Below the pieces are notes generated by a model that was not told the origin of the DNA, made no database searches, and saw only the letters and a program-made list of their open reading frames with translations. A program made the position numbers and the translations under genes. DNA of 62,552 bases, the filler included, from Atractiella rhizophila (Eukaryota), in NCBI GenBank assembly GCA_021432655.1. It is 19 parts of 19 records of this genome, joined end to end, with 100 filler letters (N's around TTAATTAATTAA, not from the genome) between each part and the next. Parts side by side here need not be neighbours in the genome. Positions count along the whole stretch, not along the records: positions 22,878 to 26,334 come from MU272538.1; positions 26,435 to 29,874 come from MU272539.1; positions 29,975 to 33,392 come from MU272540.1; positions 33,493 to 36,907 come from MU272541.1; 15 more parts are not named here. One strand, given 5' to 3'. Below, in pieces: positions 25,002 through 37,007 of this stretch. The first letter of the stretch is position 1, and each line of letters opens with the position of its first letter.

Positions 25002-25635
25002 GTGGTGTTGAAGTAGGTCGAGAGGGTCAATCAGCTTTCGAGAACCGCGGAAAAGGTGAAAACAGCTTGACAAAGTCGTCGCTCTAACCCCTTAAGTAAG
25101 CACATTCGTTTCACATACAGGATGACTGGTGAAGAGCTACGTACAAAAGGAGGAGCAGAGATGAACCTTTAGAAAGGGATGGAGGATACTATCTTGAAGC
25201 GGTCAAATAGTCTAGGTTGCCTGTGACGGCGACCGATTAGCCAAAACCAGGTGTCCAACGTTTAGCGTGGGACTGCAGGGAACACTCGAGGAAAGGGTTA
25301 GGAGAAACCTGAACAAAGAAGCGAGAGAAGATAAGAGCGAAAGAAGTGATGACACATGATGACAAACTGGCCCATGACCTTCTCATGGGCCGTAAGCTGT
25401 CGCAAACGCAAAACAGTTGTCCGCCATGACAAGGTCAAACATTGCGCGCTTTATGAGAAGGCCGATCGCCACAACCCCAGGCATTCTTCGTCCCTCAATT
25501 CTTAGGTCCTTTAGCATCTGCATCCTCCACCAAATAAGACACAACGATTGGCATTGGTGTCCCCGAATTATACGATGTGGGCAAGTAATCCCACTGGGCG
25601 ATTTAGAGCAGTCCATTTGAGGGAGGTGAATTACT

Positions 25636-26334
25636 AAAGAGGTACACGGAAGGCAATAATCTGACTGGAGCCTAAAGTTTTAGACTCCGGACGATCCGTC
25701 CGTTACCTCTTGATATCCCCATCATTTTTAACTACGTAAACTCTTAATCCTGAACGAGTGCTAATTGCCAATGATATAGACCACTGTTCTCTGACAAAGA
25801 GCTCCCCCCATTACCCACATACACCTGAAGACATCTTTCCTGTTGCCCTTGTCGTTATCCTCATGTCCTCCATCTTCATCTCTACCTCTCACTTCAGCTC
25901 TCTCTTAACCAATCTAAGCATTGTCTGCTTTCGCACACGATGTGGGAAAGGCATGAGCTGCAGCTAGTACCTGTCGGAGTCTGCATTAGAAAAGGAGCAA
26001 GGTGATTGTAGGTGATTGAACCCATGTTGCAGCCTTTGGCTAGCGAGGACAGTGAGCTCTTTCATCAGATGGGACCTGCGTGGTGTTGACGCATAAAGCC
26101 GTATCCTTATTCATATCATTTGCTTCCTCCTCTTTGTCCATATAGCTGTTTGTCCGCATACATAAAAGGAAAGGAGCCGCTCTTTGGTGAGTGAATAAAA
26201 GTGAATGAACACGGAAACTATGAGTTCGTGTAGGTTGGTGGGTTGTATCACATTTGTTGAAACGGGATGGATCATCCGGAGCCTAAATTTGTAGGTTCCG
26301 CGCAGGTTCTGTTTTGCCTCGTGTTGAGATCTTT
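25636..26334. mobile_element. Old non-autonomous element with long (~80-115 bp) degenerate TIRs
   Basis: Left arm GGAGCCTAAAGTTTTAGACTCCGGACGATCCGTCCGTT versus the reverse complement of the right arm GGAACCTACAAATTTAGGCTCCGGATGATCCATCCCGTT. Similarity extends to the contig end; no coding capacity inside. Confidence 0.6.
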
Positions 26335-26434
26335 NNNNNNNNNNNNNNNNNNNNNNNNNNNNNNNNNNNNNNNNNNNNTTAATTAATTAANNNNNNNNNN
26401 NNNNNNNNNNNNNNNNNNNNNNNNNNNNNNNNNN

Positions 26435-27707
26435 GCTCATAGTTTAGTAGGAACGGTGAAGGATGGTCTTTACGATGTTGGGGACGAAGAGTTCAACGTC
26501 CGACCCGTTGTCGAGGCTGCAAAGGTTGTTCTCAGCAAACTTAACGATGAGGAGCGTTCCAAATCAAGTTCTCACATCGACTCGCCGGATTGGAGGACAT
26601 GGTCAAACCCCGAATTTTTACTCTCCGATAAGGGAGTGCGGTTGGAATTTCTCGAGGAGGGAAAGAGGGATAGTATACTTGAACTTCTGAAGGCAAGTTT
26701 GAGTGAAGAGGGTTGGGTGAAGGCGAGGGAGGCAATGAGGATCAACGGATTTTTGTCAGTCCTTCCTATGGAATCTTCTTTTTGCGTTGTGGGTGCTGAT
26801 CTTGCATCGTGATATGGCAGGGGACAGCTGGTCAAGGGGGAAAAAGTGATGAACGAGCACTCATACAACTTTGCCCTCTTCGGCGTACCTTCGGAAGACA
26901 GACCATGGGGCTACACATTCTACGGTCACCATCTCTGTCTCAACGCTCTTTTCTACCGAAAACAAATGGTCCTAGCCCCCTGGTTTACAGGTGCAGAACC
27001 GAATGCAATTGATGAAGGGCCATGGAAGGGGATTCAGATTTTGCACAGAGAAGAAGAGCTCGGACTGCAGTTGATGCAAAGCTTGAACACAGATCAGAGA
27101 GAGAAAGCGGTCATCTATAAAGGTCGGTCTGCTGAACGGGGAAGAGATTACAGCTAATTGAAGAAACGAGACAGAATTGAAAGACTCTAAGATGCCGCCG
27201 GGGCGATGTACGCGTTTTCTGTCTCAAGCAAATCATTGCTGATATTTAGGAGCAGGGAACCATGACGATCAACGCCACCTGTGTGGTGCATACCAAGACA
27301 ACCGGATTGTTCCCTACGAAGGCATACCTTACTCTTCCCTTTCCTCAACCCAGCAGGACCTTATCAGATCTATCATCAGCGAATACCTCTTATACCTCCC
27401 GCTGCCCACACGACAGTACCACATATCCCGCTCCTTGGCTTATCCAGACGAAACGTATTTCTCCTGGATTGGGGGTTGCGGTCCGGATGATGCGTTCTAT
27501 TATCGCGTACAGTCCCCGACCATCGTCGTAGAGTTCGACCACCACTCTGGTGTCTTCTTGACTAACACCGAGCCAAAGAAGTTCCATATCCATACCTTGT
27601 TGAGGATGCCAAATGCTGGCGACTATGGGTTGGCGCTGAGGAGGAAGATTGGGGCAAGACAGAAATTGTTTAAGGCATGGGAAGCCGAAGATGTGGGCAA
27701 GGTGTAA
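26435..27707 (+). CDS. DUF3500 domain protein, spliced, 5'-truncated
   Basis: Motifs WRTWSNPE, GHHLCLN, PWFTGAEP, FYYRVQSPTIVVEFDHHSG and HIHTLLRMPNAGDYG; short GT-AG introns. Confidence 0.85.
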
Positions 27708-27875
27708 CAAGTCTAACCGAACGGGAACGTGGGTTTTGTGTGTTTTGTTGGGTATAAATGAATGAATGTACTACCAACGATGAAAGCTGTAACAATGCAA
27801 CCCATTTAAAAATACAATAGCAATACGAGACCTCGAATGCAAATTCCAGAGTTTTGTTCAAGAAGCGCTGTAGAG

Positions 27876-29874
27876 TTAGTCAACAATCACAGTCCGTTTC
27901 CTTCCTTCTTCCACCTCATCTATCTTCGGACTCTCAACCAGTCTTTCCTCAGGCTCGCCAGTATCCCCAATTGCAAACGCCTCTTCCTCTCTCATCAACG
28001 CTTCACCCTCACTTTCTTCGACTCGTCTGCTTTTCAACGGCAGGCGAGCGTACATCCGTTCCTTCTTCTCCCTCCGCTTCGCCACTCTCCACCTCAAAAA
28101 CGCCACGAAACCTCCACCAACAATGAAAATGACAAACAGTAGTGTTAATGTTCTCCGTGGACCATAATACGCCTCGTGAGCCTTGTAATATGTGTCTTGT
28201 TCAACATTTCCTGTTGTCACGCTCTCAGACGAAGCTGGAGCGGCTACAGCAACACTTGAACCGTTCGGTGTGAAGGCGCCAAGAACCACTTCGTCGCCGT
28301 CTCCTATTCGAGAGGGGATGGTGGATGCTGGACCAGCAGATACCAGAGGATCAATGCCAATAAAACGCAGGAGCATGTCTTGCGCGACGGTCGGGAGATC
28401 CTGATAGCACGGATTCAGGTCAGTAAAGCAAAGCAGGAAGGGGAAAGCTTGCCATTGGAACCATATGGCCCGCACCAAAAATGCGCACAAGGCTGGTCGC
28501 GATAAATCAGTAGTCGGACAGAGGTATCGAAGGAGGGAAACAAACGAAAGGCCCCGCTCCTCCCTCCATGTCCCAGCATCCCTGTCTTCGACCCTCCATT
28601 GGGCTTCCTTACTTGCATTTGACCAGCCTGTGGATCCTCCCCATTCAAGTCGATCAACCATATTCCTTATGCCAGCCCAATTACACATCAAATCTTGATC
28701 GCCAACAAACAACAAGATCTTCATGCTCTGTAGCAGAGTTGGGAGGAGCTTGACAGATGGAGGGGAGTGAGGGGACCAGAAATGTTCCGAAACAGTGTTA
28801 TTGCACTGTTCCCACTTCGCAGGTAGCTTGTGATTGGCGTGCAAAGCTTTGGCAACATCTTCGGTATCAAGATATGGCTTGACCCATTTAAGAGCAGGAG
28901 GGAACTCCGTGCCGCATCTTTCGAAAACTTTGACGTTGTAAGCCGACATGCAAAGACCCTGTTTTTTGGTAGCTCCTTCGACAGCTCCTAGCACCGTTTC
29001 GCAGATATCTTCAAGAGCACTCAACGAGTCCCCTTTCGCTTCCATCGCTGCCTGACATCGAAGAACAGTCTTCTGGACGCGCAGCTCTTCGCGGCTTCCA
29101 CTCTTAATTATCCCCATCTCTTGCAGGGAAGAAAGGTATGACGGATATTGTGTGACAGGATCGAACCATCCGTTTCCGATAATAAGACCCATCAGAGGAG
29201 GTTGAACGAGAGTCGACAGTCGAATCGCATCGGCAATATATGGGATGTATTGACCAGCGTAAGACTCCCCTGCGAGGTAGAGATGAGCCTTTTCGTATTC
29301 CGGAAACACATCGTAGAAGTTCCGTAAGAACGTCAGGACTTGATCTGCAGCCTGAGGAAGCTCTCTAATATCGTCGTTGTGATTGACGTAGCTGAACCCG
29401 GTACCTGCCGGTTGATCAATGAAGAGGACATTTGCATACTCGTTCCAAGCTCCCACAGCTTCAGTTAGCTTCCCCGTTTCTGTCACGCGCCAAGGGCCGA
29501 TCTCCATGAACATACCATCCTCGCTTGAGCAGCCTGATGTCATAAATTGATGGACGTGCTGCGGGAATGAATAGGAAACATACCAGGGCCACCTTCAGTA
29601 TATTTCAGTTGCGACATGTGATCAGCAGGGAGGAGACAAACCATTGAACCAAATGATTAGCCGCTCACGTTCCGCGATATGCTTAGCTTTGGCGAGAATG
29701 AAGAAAAGATGAGCATCGTCTATATCTTCGGTGTTGGGAGTCGTGCTGACGGCTGAAAGATGTCCAGCATACAGTTGTGGCGGGTTGGGGATGTCCGGCT
29801 GAAATGGGAGGGAATGAACGTAAAAAGAGGACGAGGGTGGAGCTACATGATTTATCATTCACTGTCAGATGGGA
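27876..29874 (-). CDS. KEX1: Pheromone-processing serine carboxypeptidase Kex1 (S10), spliced, 5'-truncated
   Basis: Motifs WFNGGPGCSS, FIDQPAGTGFS, catalytic GESYAG, GDQDLMCN and GAGHMVP. C-terminal TM helix and acidic cytosolic tail. Confidence 0.9.
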
Positions 29875-29974
29875 NNNNNNNNNNNNNNNNNNNNNNNNNN
29901 NNNNNNNNNNNNNNNNNNTTAATTAATTAANNNNNNNNNNNNNNNNNNNNNNNNNNNNNNNNNNNNNNNNNNNN

Positions 29975-31796
29975 TAACAGAGTGGAAATACGTTTCGTCG
30001 ACTCTGCATTGGCGCGAAGAACAAACAGCTTGATTGACAAAGTGTGATGATCCAGCTTGGCGAAAATGGTTTTGAGTAGCGGTTCCACACAATCCTCTTT
30101 TCCCGTGTACAGGTGGTTGAACAGCTTCAGCAAGGCTGTATCGCTTAGGCCGCCAATCGACAGCTCTCGAAATTCCACATCTGTGACGTTCACTCGATAG
30201 ATTTGATGTCCACGATGTGTCACGATGAGAATAGAGCCTGAGGCATTGCAGTCTGAAAGAATTGTCTGAAAGAATGACTGCAAGTTGTTTGCATCAGACT
30301 GTGCAGGAGTTTCGAAATTGTCCAAGATAAGGAGACATTTGTGACTCTTGAAATATCGTGCAACAGCACCGAGTTCAGTTTCTCCAGATCGAGGAGCTAT
30401 TGCGAAGACCTGCCTGCAAAGCTCTCTGGTGAGAGAAGAAAAAGTAGAGAAAGCATCGCATCGAGCCCAGAACCGAAAGTCTTCCTCCTCGCCATTCGCA
30501 ATGGTCGTGAATGCGTCTTTGACTTCCTTCGCATGCAAGATTTGTCGAGCCACAGTAGACTTCCCATTGCCAGCGCCACCAATGATCGCAAGATGGTTTT
30601 TTTCTGTGACGATGCACTTGATTGCTGTGCGAACTTCATCATGTCTTCCATAACAATCACCTGTATGAGGCAACGGAAGCTTTCTGGGCACAGCAATGCG
30701 TTGTTTACAGCCTACCAAGAGCAAGTCAGCATGCTGCCATCAATTACGCAACAAGGAGAATACTTTGCACGAGCGACCTCGTCGCGGATAACACTTCATG
30801 ATTCATTGCCTCCATGTATGCCCTCGTGCAGCCCACAACGTCCTCCTTTCGCTCCCATTCCTCCCACTTGAAATCTCCAAATGTATCAACCGAGAAGCGA
30901 TGATAACAATGACCCATCTCACGGTCCTGCATCTGCACCTTCACATACTTTGAAACGTTCATGCAATTCGCGACTATCGCCTTCAGTGCTTCTTGGACGT
31001 CACCCCGAATGTGGCTCAAATTGACAACCGGCGCAACTCCCGAGCCGAGAGACACAAGACAGGCAATCTCACAGCTGGGTCCCCAAATCCGCTTGGCTTC
31101 ATCGACGGCTACCAATGTAGGGTTGTTGGTGCTAAGCTGAACATAGCCGGTGGAATCTTCGTTCATGGGAGGAAAGAACGGAGGACAGGCAGAGGTAGCT
31201 CTTGCAGCTTGCCAGACGAAATATGAGGAAGCGGATCGAGAGGCAGATCCAGCATGATGAATGCCGTAGGTGCGCATCTCCGTGGAAAAGACAATGCTGG
31301 CTTGATAGCTAGAGAGGACGAACGTCTTGCACCTATCCTGTGGAGAAGGGTCCTTCATTGGAAGGGGCTTTGTGGGATCTTCAGGTGGGGGGGTGTGTCG
31401 TTGGATGATGGAAATCAAAGTCTCTTCGAGCTTCGTCGCCGAGAACAAGTACTCCCTACTGGGATCCGAATACTGTTCAACAAAGCCGTCTCGCGCGATC
31501 TCTTCGTACGCTGTAATGCACTGACGAACTGTCATCCCCAGCCTCCCGAGCATAAGTGCGATCCACCCGCCAGTAGAGGTCCCACAGATGAGATCGAAAA
31601 CATCGCAAGGTCGAAGCTCTTCATCTTCCGGTACTTTGAGAAGATGTGCGGCTTGACGCATGATGGGTTCGAGCATGTAGGGAGCTGAGAAAGTGCCAAC
31701 ACCCCCATTGTCGAGAGAAAGGATCCGTAGTCCGAGCGGATTCGTTTTCTTAATATTCTCAGGAATTTTGAACACCTTGACGGAATTCGCAGACAT
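29975..31796 (-). CDS. Fungal NLR: N-terminal patatin-like domain plus STAND (NB-ARC-like) NTPase; intron 30712-30763; 3'-truncated
   Basis: Patatin motifs LRILSLDNGG, FDLICGTSTGG, AARATSA and NNP. A 52-nt intron joins it in frame to Walker A GGAGNGKST, Walker B LLILDNFE, IVTHRG and LDHHTLSI. Confidence 0.88.
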
Positions 31797-33965
31797 GTAG
31801 CGCAAAGTAATGGATAGCAGGATGAATCTCCAATAACAGCGATTGGTTTCGTGGTTACAGGTGAAGGAGGAAGGGACTGCCTGAGGCTGGTACAATCTAG
31901 TCAACTCGATTAGCCTTGCTTCTATACGTTACTTGCATACAACATAAATGAATCCAACTTTGTGCCGTTGTCCTCGAGTTAATATTCAAGAGACCAATCA
32001 ATCGCAACCTTGCCAAATGCAGTTCTTTGCTGCTCTGTTCGTTGCCTCTGTGCCGTCACAAATGGCACTGTACCCTTCTCTGAGCCGCACGTGGAAGCTC
32101 TTTCCGTTGTTGAATGAATTAAGTCTTGTAAATCTTTTTGGAACTCTGCCAGCGTACGTGCGCTTTGGAAGCGACGAGATGAAGAAAGCCAAATCGTGAA
32201 TGCTTCTTCTGTATCATTTAAAGAGCAGATTAAGGACAACGGTGAAGCCATATCGCTTTCATTTCTGCGTTTTTCCTGCTGCGAACCGAGCAAATACTCA
32301 CCTCTGAAAGAGAATGTACGATCTCTCCAGCTCAGATGCAATGGTCGCTGAATGTTGCAATGTCCCAAATAACTCTTTTCCAATTTTTCCAGACTCCTTG
32401 AGCTACCCTTGGACTTTCTCGCTAAAGATTCAACACTCCATACTTTCATCGCCGTTTCTGCGCTCCACAACTCAACTGACCCTAACTCACTGCGACGTGT
32501 GAGGCGTGAACCCTACTTCCTGATTCGCCTCGCCTGCTTCTGCTACGGCGAATCCTATGAGGAACTCCAGTTAGCCAACCCTGCTTCGTCCAGCAGCCAC
32601 TGCTCTTTCCCTTGCTTATATGTTCCTGATTCTTCTCTGATCGAATCGCTGGCACTCCCGATCGCACGGTGTTCCCTCCATCAGGCGATAGGATCGAGAG
32701 TTACTAGCACTCGTGCCTTGAGACGCTTCGGGTTAGATGGGTGAGGCGCTGGTCGATATCATGGGTTGACAAAATATTGGAGTCAAAAGGAGAGGAGCGT
32801 TCGAGGCGGTAAGCATCATGGTTAGCTGCTAGATTTGGATCAGGTCAATTGTTTGGTTGCTTCATCATACTTTGGCAATTGAAAGCATATCCAAATATCA
32901 ATAAGACTAGGGGGACAGAGGCCGATCAGCACAATTTCGTTATATCCTTAGAAGAGTTGAACGCACCTCTTTCTCCGATCGAGTAGCACTTTCTTCAAAG
33001 CAGCCGCCAACTGAACCAACTTCTCCCCCGCTCAGTTCTTTTCAACCCCTCCTATCGATCCCCCTCCACCCATCTTCGAGCACATAACCCCTGACTGTTA
33101 TCCCTCCTCCTGACGCCGATTCTTTAAGGGAAAAGAGTGGGGACTTAGCAGAGTGCGGTTGATTTCGGTAGACCACGCGCAAACGTTGGAGCTTTGATGG
33201 GTGATTTAGTGGAATAGGACTGACGTCCTGGCGGATGATCGTGGACGAAACGCAGGGAGGACATCGATTCTTCTTGAAGCGATGAGAGCAATGGTTCTAG
33301 CGGCAAGTGAGCGTAAACGTGCATCCTGCGATATGAAGCTAGCAAGGTCAATGTAACTCCTGGTATACAGAGATCAAGATGATAGAAGAACCNNNNNNNN
33401 NNNNNNNNNNNNNNNNNNNNNNNNNNNNNNNNNNNNTTAATTAATTAANNNNNNNNNNNNNNNNNNNNNNNNNNNNNNNNNNNNNNNNNNNNTTATTTTC
33501 CTGTGTGGACAATGAAACATGTTGCCAGGCGAACCTGTCCTCACCCAACCACGTCTTTCTGAGGTTGCTGCCATTCACTGGACAGCCGTCAACAAGATCC
33601 CGCAAAGGCTAACCATCCTCCCTCCTCCTCTGCAGTTGTCAAGCAATCCCAACGGACGGAAATCAAGCGAGTCAGACGAAGGACGACATGCCAAAGAACC
33701 CAAGGAGATATTTACACTGCCAGAGTGTGATGCCGCACGAGCTGAAGAACAGAGCACCCGCCGCCTTCCAAGTTTGTCAGAGGTGGTTTTGCGCTTCAAT
33801 TTTGAGAAAATTTGCAGCCAAAAAACGGGTCGAAACTGGTCGACCAGTTTTATCGCCGACCAACGTTGACCAACTCCGACCCCTTGGGCGACGGGTCTGC
33901 TGGCAATTTCGCACGACCAGTTTTGAGACCAGTTTTAACTCAGACAGGCGCGGGACTCTCGGAAG

Positions 33966-36160
33966 ATGGGTCTGCTCAAGTGCTGTCCATCGATTTCGAT
34001 GCCCACGAGCCAGAGTGCCCCCTTACCCCTCATCCCGAAGTTACTACTCCCCCAGCCAAGCAACTCCGCCAATCCCTCTCTAATAAGACCGACTCCAAAA
34101 CGGCTAGCCAGCAGTTGCAACCATGACAGTCAAATCATTCCAGCGACAGAGAATGAGGATGCCTACGAGTTCGTCTGCGGCGATATGATGGGGAAATACG
34201 CAACATTGTCTGTGGACAAGTTTCTACAAATGCTGCCATCGTGCGGAGACCTACCAGACTGCTCCCACCCAGCGCCCGATGTTTCAGGAGTTGAACTCAC
34301 TCACTACGACGCCTTCGTGAGCGCATTCTTCTCTTAGAACTTCCTTTTTCATATTTACGGCTTTAGATAACGTTCATGAGGCCTTTCGTCAATGAAATGT
34401 GGGAGCTCGTGAACACTAGCGGCAAGACCGATCGAGATTTCTCCAAGTTGATGGGGTCGGTGGCGTTAAACCTGATATAGTCCTCTATTGTTACCTTGGG
34501 GAGAGCAAGACGGTCATGAAGAGAGCGGAGTCGTTTGGTGAGTTCAAGAGGGTACGCAAGGATGAGCCCTTTCGCGATGAGAAGGGTGGCAAGGTGCCAG
34601 AAGGCAACTCACAGGCTGCAAAATTGGTGCGCGGCCAACTTACCATTTACAGCAGCGTTGTTCTTTCATCGCAACAGAGAACGAGAAGACTAGTCTTCTC
34701 GTTCTGTGTTCGCGAGCACTCCGCTCGCCTTCTCTGTCATTCTCGTGCCGGATTCCTAGTGACCCCTCGTTCGACTGCGTTACGACCCCCCACTTCTGCC
34801 AATTTTTTTGGCGCTATACGCACGCGGACGATGCCGAAAGGGGACATGATAGAGCCTTCCCGAAGATGATGACCATGCCGAAGAGGCTAAGGCGAAGCTC
34901 AATGTTACAGCTGGTAACCCGATCTTCAAGGTAAAGGTGGAAAAACAAGGCGTTCTACCTTATATTTCACCACAATCAACCTATCGGTCGAGGAACAAGA
35001 TGCTTCAGGCTTACGACCCCAAACACAAACGCCTCGTCCTCCTCAAAGACACCTGGCGACGATCTGAATACCTCTCCGCAGGTTAAATCTACGCCGAGCT
35101 GCACCGACACAAAGTTCCAAATATCCTCCAAGTTGTTGCCGAGGGCGAGGTTCCGGGCAAATTCCAACGCGCCAAGCTATCGATGGCCGAAAGAGACGAA
35201 CCTGAGCTGGTACACTATCGAATTGTTTGGGACAAGGTCGGACGCCGCTCAGCAAATCCAGAACTAGTTACGAGGAAGGGATTTTTAGACGCTTTTGAGG
35301 GTGAGCTGCTCCTGTCTTCCCGTGAAATGAATATGATGCCTCATAGTTAGTACACAGCTCACTATGCAGCATAAAGAAACCTCAAAATGCTGCCCCGTGA
35401 TGTCTCTTTCGGGAACATCCTTCCTGGCCTAATTGAAGATGGGCTAAAGGGTTATTTGATTGATTGATTTGCGACAAAAACAAGCGAGCCCCCTACTTCC
35501 CGAGAGCGAACAGTACGCGTTTTCTGGATACTCTCGTGCATCCGGTGACTGTGCGACAGGGCACTTATGAGTTCATGTCTCGTCGACTCTTAGAAGAATC
35601 CTCTCAGAGGAGGATGTCCCCCACGAGCCCGAAGACGACATTGAGTCGTTCATTTACGTTCTGACCTGACGGTTATATCACATGCACAAAATGAGTTGAC
35701 CGATGCTGAACATAACCGTCTTCTTTCGCCTCTTCAACAGGATGCATAGTGACGTTGGGTCAACGGTTGCCGGTCGACAGGGTATCATAATGGGTGATGC
35801 TGACTACCTCAAGGTCACTACTAACGAGCTTCAGCAGCTACTGGGGAAGATCTTCCGAAGTCTTTCTGACCGTTTGGCGCTCGCAAAGATCTTGTTGATC
35901 AAATCCTTGATGACTTGCAGGACTATGAAGCGCCAGAGAATATAACGGAGGTGGCTAATGAGAGGGCCGACCAGAGGATTGCTCGAACGAGTACTCACAA
36001 GGTTATGTCGAAAGGTTTACTGGAGGCTCCTAAGGACGAGAAGGGAACGTGGCGAAGTCGGACAGACGAAGCAATTGCTCGGGACAATGTTCTTTCGAGT
36101 AGCAAAGAGGAAATGGGTGGCCATGGAAGCAGATGGAAACAAGAGGCTGGGGAGTTCTAA
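33966..36160 (+). pseudogene. FunK1-type fungal protein kinase pseudogene
   Basis: VRGQLTIY, GRGTRCF, LLKDTWR, RDVSFGNIL, GYLID, GTYEFMSRRLL and DDIESFIYVL, with multiple frameshifts and stops. Confidence 0.85.
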
Positions 36161-37007
36161 TGCTTGATAGTGTCCAGGTTGTAAATTTCATCGATGTCGA
36201 ATGTATTTATATGCACTTAAGTGAATACATTACCTGTAGATCGTGAAACCGATTAAGTAAATAAGCAATGGGTCTCGTACTTGCAGGACAGTTTGTTTTT
36301 ATATAATCAATAAAGCTGAGTAATAAAGAAGCGCAATCAGAAATAAACAAGCTTTAAGCACGCACTACACGTCAAGAAAGGGGGGAGGCGGAACAGCTCC
36401 TGTGATGTCGTCAGACCCAGTCTGAGCGCTCCGACATGCGACTCAATCAACCAACCACCATGTATTTTCACGAGGAAGAGCTCCAAGTTGGAGCGCACAC
36501 AAATCGCCCAATGGATCGACAGGCAACTTGTAGCGTTTTTCGCACAACGCAAAATGCTAATTGCTCCAAATAATCAACAAAATATGAAAATGGTCTGTCA
36601 ATATTTGCCTCTCGTGCGAAAATCATTAGAAAGTACTCACTGCGCGTTTCTCGGATGGGCTTTTGTTGTTAAATTGAAACGCACACCCTGCAACACATTG
36701 TTGGAAACCGACAAAGTCGTTGGTTGTGTCATCTGGGTCACAAATTCTTCCCCTGACTACACTTGTATCAGAAACAATACACTTGGTCCGATCAGACTGA
36801 CCAGATCGAACATAAGATCCTTTCAAGAAAATGAGAGGAGTGTCGAAATGCTGAAGTCAGGTCAATTTGTGTGCACCAAAAGGAAAAACACGAACAGAAA
36901 CATCTTCNNNNNNNNNNNNNNNNNNNNNNNNNNNNNNNNNNNNNNNNNNNNTTAATTAATTAANNNNNNNNNNNNNNNNNNNNNNNNNNNNNNNNNNNNN
37001 NNNNNNN

